Shown here in pieces: positions 4,748-10,777 of a DNA stretch of 10,777 nucleotides. Source of the DNA: Vibrio cholerae ATCC 14035 (lineage in GTDB: Bacteria > Pseudomonadota > Gammaproteobacteria > Enterobacterales > Vibrionaceae); the NCBI RefSeq assembly GCF_000621645.1, contig NZ_JHXR01000042.1, positions 1 through 10,777 of the forward strand, given 5' to 3'. The notes beneath the pieces are model-generated. The model was not told the origin of the DNA and made no database searches. It worked only from the letters and a program-made list of their open reading frames with translations. A program made the position numbers and the translations under genes. Position 1 is the first letter of the stretch; each line of letters begins with the position of its first letter.

Positions 4748-7429
4748 ATGGACCACTTGAATCAATTGCTTAGACCCAAATCTGTCGCTGTGATTGGGGC
4801 ATCCGTTCGGTCTTTCCGTGCGGGTAATATTGTGATGAAAAACTTACTTCAAGGTGGTTTTGATGGCGCCATTATGCCTGTCACGCCCTATTATCCTGCC
4901 GTTTGTGGTGTATTGGCTTACAAAACGATTTCCGACCTCCCGATTGTGCCTGATATTGCGATTCTTTGTACTCACGCCTCGCGCAATGTCAGCTTATTTA
5001 AACAGTTAGCCGAGAAAGGAGTCAGACAAGTGATTGTTTTATCTTCCGATATGTACTCTTTGGATGCACAAGGCGAAGAAATTCAAGCCCAGTGTATGAC
5101 GATAGCTAAATCTGTGAATATGCGAATTTTGGGGCCTAATAGCTTGGGGCTCATCTTGCCTTGGATGCAATTCAATGGTTCGTTTTCTCCCGTTTCAGCC
5201 TTAAAAGGCAATATTGCTTTTGTGTCACAATCTGCGGCGGTATGTACCACTATCCTTGATTGGGCTAATGATAAAGGTATTGGTTTTTCAGCATTTATTT
5301 CTTTAGGCAATGCAAGTGACATTGATTTTGCTGACTTGCTCGATACCCTCAGTACCGATAAACATACCGATGCGATCTTACTGTATGTCGATACGATTCG
5401 TGATGCGCGACGTTTTATGTCCGCCGCTCGCGCAGCGTCTCGCAATCGACGGATCCTCGTCTTAAAAGGTGGTCGTACTAAAGCCGGAAGAAAAGCGGCA
5501 CAAATGCATACCGGTGGCGATGATACTTTAGACATCATTTACGATTCTGCGATTCGCCGTACAGGTATGCTCCGAGTCAATAACACTCACGAGCTGTTTG
5601 CGGCGGTAGAGACATTGACCCATTCCGTTCCACTGCGTGGTGAACGCCTTGCGATTATTACGAATGGTGGTGGCCCGGCGATTATGGCTGTTGATGCATT
5701 ATTAGAGCGCGGAGGTAAACTTGCCCAGCTTGAAGATGAGATTTATGAAAAGCTTAATCAGTCTCTTCCTCAAAGTTGGTCACATAGTAATCCTATCGAT
5801 ATTGTCGGTGATGCTGATCATCAGCGCTATGTCTCCACCTTAAACATTTTGTTGGAAAGCGATAACATTGATGCGATTTTGATCATGCATAGCCCTTCTG
5901 CAATCGCGCATTCAGAACAAACCGCTCAAGCACTGGTTGAAGCCGTGCAAAAGCATCCGCGTGCCAAAAGATTTAATATTTTGACCAACTGGTCTGGTGA
6001 ATTATCTGCCAAGCCCGCACGTACTCTTTTCAATCAGGCTGGGATACCGACTTACCGTACGCCCGAAAGCGCGGTGACGGCTTTCATGCACTTAGTCGAG
6101 TACCGACGAAACCAGAAGCATTTGATGGAAACTCCGACCACAACAGAAGTGGTACATGCTTCAGAGATGCAAACTGCGAAGTCATGGATACATGAACACT
6201 TAGGTGAACATGATCAGGTCAATCTCGATACTCATCAAATTGGCACGTTGCTTAAATGCTTTAATTTCAATGTATTGCCAACATGGATTGCTTCTGACAG
6301 TACAGAAGCGGTGCATATAGCCGAGACTATTGGCTACCCTGTGGCGGTGAAATTACGCTCCCCTGACATTGCGCATAAATCCGATGTGCAAGGTGTTATG
6401 CTTAACTTGCGTAACCGGATAGAAGTGGCCAATGCCGCGCAAGCGATTCTGGATAGAACTCAACTCTCCTACCCCTCAGCGAATATTCACGGTTTATTAG
6501 TTCAAGGGATGGCAAAACTGGCTGGCGGGGAAGAACTTAGGATCAAAGTCAAAACCGATGCGACTTTTGGGCCAGTAATTTTATTAGGACAAGGCGGTTC
6601 TGAGTGGGATGAATCACTCGATGCCGCTGCCGCGCTCCCCCCTCTCAACATGACGCTAGCGCGCTACTTAATTGTTCGAGCGATACGTAGCGGTAAAATC
6701 CGGCTACAAAAACTCCCCGTCCCTATTGATATTGAAGGATTATCTGAATTTTTAGTCCGTATTTCACAAATGGTTGTTGAATGCCCACAAGTGCATGAGC
6801 TGGATATCCATCCCCTGCTTGTCAACGGCAGCCAGTTTACTATTCTTGATGCTAATTTGGTGCTACGCCAATTCACTGGCGATGCCCAAAGCCGCCTTGC
6901 TATTCGACCCTATCCCACCGAGTTGGAAGAAAGGTGCCAAGCACGTGATGGAGAGTGGCTTACTGTACGCCCCATATTGCCTGAAGATGAGCCAAAACAT
7001 GCCGCCTTTATCAAGAAAGTATCCAAGGAAGATCTCTATAAGCGCTTTTTCTCTGATGTCGGTGAGTTTAACCATGAAGCTTTAGCAAACTTAACTCAAA
7101 TCGATTTTGACCGAGAGATGGCGTTTGTCGCGGTGAGTGGTGAAGGTGAGGATTCAGAGATTATTGGCGTTTCTCGAGCGTTAATTAATCATGAGAATAC
7201 CGATGCGGAATTTGCCATCTTGATTCGATCGGATTTGAAAGGAAAAGGGCTAGGTAAGATATTGATGCGTAAGATTATTGATTATTGTAAAGCCAAAGGG
7301 ACGCAGCAAATGTCGGGCATGACCATGCCTACCAATCGCGGCATGTTAACCCTAGCGCAAAAAATGGGCTTTGCCGTCGATATTCATTTTGAGGATGGCA
7401 CTGCTGACATGGTTCTGCCATTACGCTAA
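4748..7429 (+). CDS. patZ: Protein lysine acetyltransferase of the PatZ/Pka (YfiQ) type, 893 aa: NDP-forming acyl-CoA synthetase-like N-terminal region plus C-terminal GNAT
   Basis: The N-terminus has a CoA-binding motif (KSVAVIGASVRS...GN). A succinyl-CoA-synthetase/ATP-grasp-like middle region follows. The C-terminal GNAT domain carries the acetyl-CoA loop (IRSDLKGKGLGKILMRKIIDYCKAKG). Length and architecture match E. coli PatZ (~886 aa). Confidence 0.9.
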   Translation: MDHLNQLLRPKSVAVIGASVRSFRAGNIVMKNLLQGGFDGAIMPVTPYYPAVCGVLAYKTISDLPIVPDIAILCTHASRNVSLFKQLAEKGVRQVIVLSSDMYSLDAQGEEIQAQCMTIAKSVNMRILGPNSLGLILPWMQFNGSFSPVSALKGNIAFVSQSAAVCTTILDWANDKGIGFSAFISLGNASDIDFADLLDTLSTDKHTDAILLYVDTIRDARRFMSAARAASRNRRILVLKGGRTKAGRKAAQMHTGGDDTLDIIYDSAIRRTGMLRVNNTHELFAAVETLTHSVPLRGERLAIITNGGGPAIMAVDALLERGGKLAQLEDEIYEKLNQSLPQSWSHSNPIDIVGDADHQRYVSTLNILLESDNIDAILIMHSPSAIAHSEQTAQALVEAVQKHPRAKRFNILTNWSGELSAKPARTLFNQAGIPTYRTPESAVTAFMHLVEYRRNQKHLMETPTTTEVVHASEMQTAKSWIHEHLGEHDQVNLDTHQIGTLLKCFNFNVLPTWIASDSTEAVHIAETIGYPVAVKLRSPDIAHKSDVQGVMLNLRNRIEVANAAQAILDRTQLSYPSANIHGLLVQGMAKLAGGEELRIKVKTDATFGPVILLGQGGSEWDESLDAAAALPPLNMTLARYLIVRAIRSGKIRLQKLPVPIDIEGLSEFLVRISQMVVECPQVHELDIHPLLVNGSQFTILDANLVLRQFTGDAQSRLAIRPYPTELEERCQARDGEWLTVRPILPEDEPKHAAFIKKVSKEDLYKRFFSDVGEFNHEALANLTQIDFDREMAFVAVSGEGEDSEIIGVSRALINHENTDAEFAILIRSDLKGKGLGKILMRKIIDYCKAKGTQQMSGMTMPTNRGMLTLAQKMGFAVDIHFEDGTADMVLPLR

Positions 7430-7433
7430 ATAT

Positions 7434-7476
7434 AAAAGTGACAGAAGATCTCAAGGATCCTCTGTCACTTTTTTTG
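7434..7476. terminator. Bidirectional rho-independent terminator between convergent patZ and the LysR gene
   Basis: AGTGACAGA (7437-7445) pairs with TCTGTCACT (7461-7469), with inner GATC/GATC pairing. AAAA lies on the left and TTTTTTT on the right, so the structure works for both strands. Confidence 0.85.
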
Positions 7477-7478
7477 AT

Positions 7479-8366
7479 CTACTCCCAGCGCCAATTCTTC
7501 TTCAGGTATTGAATACACCAAGATTTGGCTTCACCCATCTGGTTACGTCGCCAGGCAAGTACGATATCCATCTCTAGATCTTCAGAACCATGAATAGCTT
7601 TTAGTTCACCTTTATCAATATAAGGTTGAGCCACTTGCAATGGCAGAGTACCAATCCCTAAGCCCGCCACTAACGCTTTGCATTTTGCGTCCAAATTACT
7701 GACCGTTAAGCGAGGTTGACGCTGCAGAATGTTTACACTCATTGCTGGCTGTTCACGAGCCGTATCGGCAATGGCAATAGCACGATACTTTTCTCTGGCC
7801 TCTTCATTAAACTCCCCCGAACGACGATGCACATAGTGTGTCGGCGCGGCAACCCAGATCATTTTCATCGTGCCAATGGTTTCTGCTTTCACATCCTGTG
7901 GTAAGGCTTCGATGCGCGGGCAGATCAACAAATCCGCACGCCCCGTCGCTAAGGCTTCCCAGCAACCCGCCAAAATTTCATCTTGAATGCGCACTCGCGT
8001 TTTACTGATGTTACCCAGTGCTTCAACCATAGGAAAAAGATTCGCTGCGGGCACAATGCCATCCAGTGCAATCGTGATATCGAGCTCCCAGCCATTAGCC
8101 AGTAACGTAGCATCATTGACCAATTTTTCGGTCGCAGCCAAGATGGCCCTGCCCCGCTCTAAGATAAGTTTGCCCGCTTCAGTAAAATTGGCTCGATGAC
8201 CGGAGCGATCAAAGATCATCAAATCCAAATCCTGTTCAAGCTTTTGGATTTGATAGCTCAATGAACTCGGTGCTCGATTAAGCTCATTAGCTGCGGCTGC
8301 AAAGCTGCCTCTACGCTCAATTGCATCCAAAATATGCAGCGCTTCAAGAGTGATTGGACTTAACAA
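7479..8366 (-). CDS. LysR-family transcriptional regulator (YhaJ-like), 295 aa, TTG start
   Basis: The N-terminal wHTH LEALHILDAIERRGSFAAAANELNRAPSSLSYQIQKLEQDLDLMIFDRSGHR closely resembles E. coli YhaJ as I recall it. A C-terminal LysR substrate-binding domain follows. The TTG at 8366 is preceded by AGGAG with a 6-nt spacer. Confidence 0.9.
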   Translation of the reverse strand: MLSPITLEALHILDAIERRGSFAAAANELNRAPSSLSYQIQKLEQDLDLMIFDRSGHRANFTEAGKLILERGRAILAATEKLVNDATLLANGWELDITIALDGIVPAANLFPMVEALGNISKTRVRIQDEILAGCWEALATGRADLLICPRIEALPQDVKAETIGTMKMIWVAAPTHYVHRRSGEFNEEAREKYRAIAIADTAREQPAMSVNILQRQPRLTVSNLDAKCKALVAGLGIGTLPLQVAQPYIDKGELKAIHGSEDLEMDIVLAWRRNQMGEAKSWCIQYLKKNWRWE

Positions 8367-8399
8367 TGCTCTCTCCTATTGATAGTTCACACCGCCAAC

Positions 8400-8415
8400 T
8401 GTGATGAGAGTCACA
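8400..8415. promoter_or_regulatory. Perfect CRP-core palindrome (alternatively the LysR-type operator)
   Basis: TGTGA-TGAGAG-TCACA matches 10 of 10 positions of the CRP core. It is centred about 41 bp upstream of the LysR TTG start and about 191 bp upstream of the hutA ATG. Confidence 0.55.
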
Positions 8416-8521
8416 ATTAGCAACATCATAAATGCCATTATGAATAATATAACCCTTTGATTATAAAATTCATTTAGAAAACTCAAGTCCTGTTCTTTTC
8501 ACATTAAGCAAACAATTAAAC

Positions 8522-8544
8522 ACAAATGATAGCAATTATCATTA
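8522..8544. promoter_or_regulatory. Fur box in the hutA promoter
   Basis: ACAAATGATAGCAATTATC (8522-8540) matches GATAATGATAATCATTATC at 13 of 19 positions, including both ATGAT/ATTATC arms. It lies 55-75 bp upstream of the hutA ATG. hutA is known to be iron/Fur repressed. Confidence 0.7.
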
Positions 8545-8598
8545 ATATTTATTAGAATTCCTGCGTTTTACTCAACATGGAAATTGCAGGTAGTTCAA

Positions 8599-10680
8599 AT
8601 GTATAAAAAGTCTCTGCTCTCTAGCGCGATCATGCTAGCACTCGTGCCTTCAGCATACGCGGATGATTATGCCTCATTCGATGAAGTAGTAGTATCTACA
8701 ACTCGCTTGAATACTCAAATAACTGACACCGCAGCATCAGTCGCTGTTATCAATGCCTCAGACATTGAACAGCAGATGGCTGAAGATATCGAAGGCCTAT
8801 TCAAATATACCCCTGGTGTAACATTAACAACGAATTCGCGTCAGGGCGTTCAAGGGATCAATATCCGAGGTATCGAAGGAAACCGCATCAAGGTTATCGT
8901 TGACGGTGTAGCTCAACCCAACCAGTTTGACTCCGGAAATTCATTTTTAAACTCATCTCGAGTTGATATCGATACAGATATGGTGAAATCGGTTGAAATT
9001 GTTAAGGGTGCGGCATCATCACTACAAGGGTCAGATGCAATTGGCGGTATTGTTGCTTTTGAAACCAAAGATCCTGCCGATATACTCAAAGGCCGTAATA
9101 TGGGTGGCTATGCGAAACTGAATTATTCGTCATCAGACAAAACATTTAGTGAGTCTATCGCTTTAGCCAATAAATCTGGTGATTTAGAATCGTTAGTCGC
9201 ATATACGCGCCGTGATGGGCAAGAAATCCAAAACTTTGGTTCGCCAGACCAACAAGATAACAATGCTAATAATTTACTAGTCAAGTTACAGTATCAGCTA
9301 AATCCTAAGCATAGACTTGAATTTTCAGGGAACTATATTCGCAATAAAAATGATTTAGAAAACTTAGAATTTTCTGGCTACAAGAACGCTTCTGGTACTG
9401 ATGAAACGACTCAATATCAGTTAGGCATTAAACATATATGGGATGCCGAGTTTTCTCTTGCTGATCGTATAACATGGCAGTTTGATGTCGTAGGTAAAGA
9501 AGAGACTGGTATTACTGATCGCACAAGCAAATCAAATGGAAATATTCAGAAAAAAGATTATTTATACTCCGATAAGGGTTTTTCATTTGATAGCCAGTTA
9601 GACAAATCATTTATGGTTTCCAATACAGAACATTATATCGTATATGGTTTTTCTTTAAGTGATAAAGATATAGAAAATACAAACCAAGAGTTTAACTCAA
9701 TTGGGAAAAACAACGTTATTTTCTACATACCTAATGCATCTGAAAAACGTTATGGCTTTTTTATCCAAGATGAAATTGCATTCGATAACTTAATCGTTAC
9801 TCCAGGGATCCGTTTCGATTCCTTCGAAACAAAACCCGGAGATACAAGTGCTAACCCGAGCCTAAATGATGCAAGTGAATACAAGAAATATTCAGACTCA
9901 GCATTAACAGCGAGACTAGGTACTGTTTATAAATTGAACCAAGAAAATCGTCTGTTTGCACAAATTAGCCAAGGTTTCAGAGCACCAGACTTCCAGGAGC
10001 TGTATTACTCTTTTGGTAATCCAGCTCATGGATATGTTTTTAAACCAAACCCTAATCTAGAAGCAGAAGACAGTGTTTCTTATGAGCTTGGATGGCGTTA
10101 TAACGCAGATAGTGTAAGTAATGAACTATCTATTTTCTACAGTGATTATGATAACTTTATTGATAGTCAAATTGTATCTGGTAGCTTCAAAACAAGGGAT
10201 GCTGTACACCAATCAATTAATATTGATAAAGCAACAATTAAAGGGATTGAACTTTCTAACCAATTCTTTTGGGATAGATTTATGCCTATTGTAGGCTTTA
10301 GCTCTCGTATTGCTGCTGCATATACGGAAGGCAAAGATGGCAATGGAAAACCACTCAATAGCGTAAGTCCTTGGAATGCTGTCACTGGTATCAATTATGA
10401 TTCAGAAAATAATTGGGGTACTGCAGTTAATCTGACTTATACCGCGAAGAAAAAAGCTAGTGAGATCAATGGTGACTACCAACCAATCTCTTCAGCAACG
10501 GTTATTGATGTTACAGCCTACTACAAACCTATTAAAGATTTAACACTACGTGCAGGTGTGTTCAATCTTACAGATGAAGAATATTATAACTGGAATGATG
10601 TTCGCGGTTTACCTAGTGAAGATAAAGATAAGACTCAGGCTAAGCGTAACTTTGGTATTACAGCTAAGTACGAATTCTAA
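8599..10680 (+). CDS. hutA: TonB-dependent outer-membrane haem receptor HutA (693 aa)
   Basis: The signal peptide is MYKKSLLSSAIMLALVPSAYA|DD, followed by the TonB box DEVVVSTTR and a plug domain. The haem-receptor FRAP...H...NPNL signature is present (GFRAPDFQELYYSFGNPAHGYVFKPNPNLEAE). The C-terminus ends in Phe (...AKYEF). The ATG at 8599 has the SD AGGTAG 5 nt upstream. The ORF-track TTG at 8584 is unlikely to be the start. Confidence 0.92.
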   Translation: MYKKSLLSSAIMLALVPSAYADDYASFDEVVVSTTRLNTQITDTAASVAVINASDIEQQMAEDIEGLFKYTPGVTLTTNSRQGVQGINIRGIEGNRIKVIVDGVAQPNQFDSGNSFLNSSRVDIDTDMVKSVEIVKGAASSLQGSDAIGGIVAFETKDPADILKGRNMGGYAKLNYSSSDKTFSESIALANKSGDLESLVAYTRRDGQEIQNFGSPDQQDNNANNLLVKLQYQLNPKHRLEFSGNYIRNKNDLENLEFSGYKNASGTDETTQYQLGIKHIWDAEFSLADRITWQFDVVGKEETGITDRTSKSNGNIQKKDYLYSDKGFSFDSQLDKSFMVSNTEHYIVYGFSLSDKDIENTNQEFNSIGKNNVIFYIPNASEKRYGFFIQDEIAFDNLIVTPGIRFDSFETKPGDTSANPSLNDASEYKKYSDSALTARLGTVYKLNQENRLFAQISQGFRAPDFQELYYSFGNPAHGYVFKPNPNLEAEDSVSYELGWRYNADSVSNELSIFYSDYDNFIDSQIVSGSFKTRDAVHQSINIDKATIKGIELSNQFFWDRFMPIVGFSSRIAAAYTEGKDGNGKPLNSVSPWNAVTGINYDSENNWGTAVNLTYTAKKKASEINGDYQPISSATVIDVTAYYKPIKDLTLRAGVFNLTDEEYYNWNDVRGLPSEDKDKTQAKRNFGITAKYEF

Positions 10681-10777
10681 ATTGTGTGATTCATAGAGAT
10701 GGTTTCAATTTTCTTAGCTGAAGATCGAGCTTGTAATTTTGCTCTTGAAACCGCTCTTTCTTGATCTGGTAGTTCTG

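Noticed and set aside
5083-7085. Antisense and alternative-frame ORFs (151, 70, 103 and 70 aa) within patZ
   Set aside because: They are embedded in an 893-aa ORF with a clear domain architecture. They are shadow ORFs.
7371-8199. Plus-strand ORFs of 68, 62 and 70 aa overlapping the patZ end and the LysR gene
   Set aside because: They run across the bidirectional terminator or antisense to the LysR gene, and nothing supports them as coding.
8437-8448. ATTAT-GA-ATAAT palindrome as a possible second Fur box
   Set aside because: Only about 8 of 19 positions match the Fur consensus in the best register. Such AT-rich short palindromes are expected by chance in this intergenic region.
8584-8598. 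TTG start giving MQVVQ- ahead of HutA
   Set aside because: The ATG at 8599 is preceded by AGGTAG at proper spacing and yields a canonical signal peptide beginning MYKK. The extension adds nothing.
10681-10777. Possible 3' end of a convergent minus-strand gene after hutA
   Set aside because: Two different minus-strand frames stay open to the window edge (ending at 10691-10693 or overlapping the hutA stop). With under 33 codons and no recognisable motif, I cannot choose a frame or support a call.
1-10777. Looked for FtsK-orienting KOPS (GGGNAGGG / CCCTNCCC) switching polarity at dif, and for additional matS sites
   Set aside because: I found no exact KOPS octamer by eye on either strand (the nearest is AGGCAGGG at 4738-4745) and only one matS. 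The window is too short to assess skew, which needs a computed genome-scale scan.

Overview
This window looks like the right end of a Vibrio cholerae CTXphi prophage joined to core genes of the small chromosome (chr II) terminus region. From 1 to about 1637 it holds the 3' end of zot, six tandem TTTTGAT heptads, ctxA and ctxB (cholera toxin, visibly AT-rich) and a strong terminator. A 28-bp XerC/XerD dif-type site follows at 1624-1651. Its XerC arm looks phage-derived, while its central region (CGTGCG) and XerD arm match what I recall for dif2. That indicates integration at the chr II dimer-resolution site rather than at dif1 on chr I. The ctxB allele is the classical type (His20/His39/Thr68). 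Downstream is ordinary chromosomal DNA: a yciH (SUI1) gene translationally coupled to an uncharacterised 127-aa protein, an exact matS-consensus site, ddl, a SPOR-domain lipoprotein, the large PatZ/Pka-type lysine acetyltransferase with two CRP-like boxes upstream, and a YhaJ-like LysR regulator. The last gene is the Fur-regulated haem receptor hutA. No tRNA, rRNA, CRISPR array or transposase is visible. I found no convincing undescribed multi-gene system. The toxin and phage elements are well known. The least-explained items are the internally duplicated 127-aa protein coupled to yciH and an orphan promoter/palindrome-rich 275-bp non-coding stretch next to dif. All similarity statements come from my recall of protein families and motifs, not from database searches.
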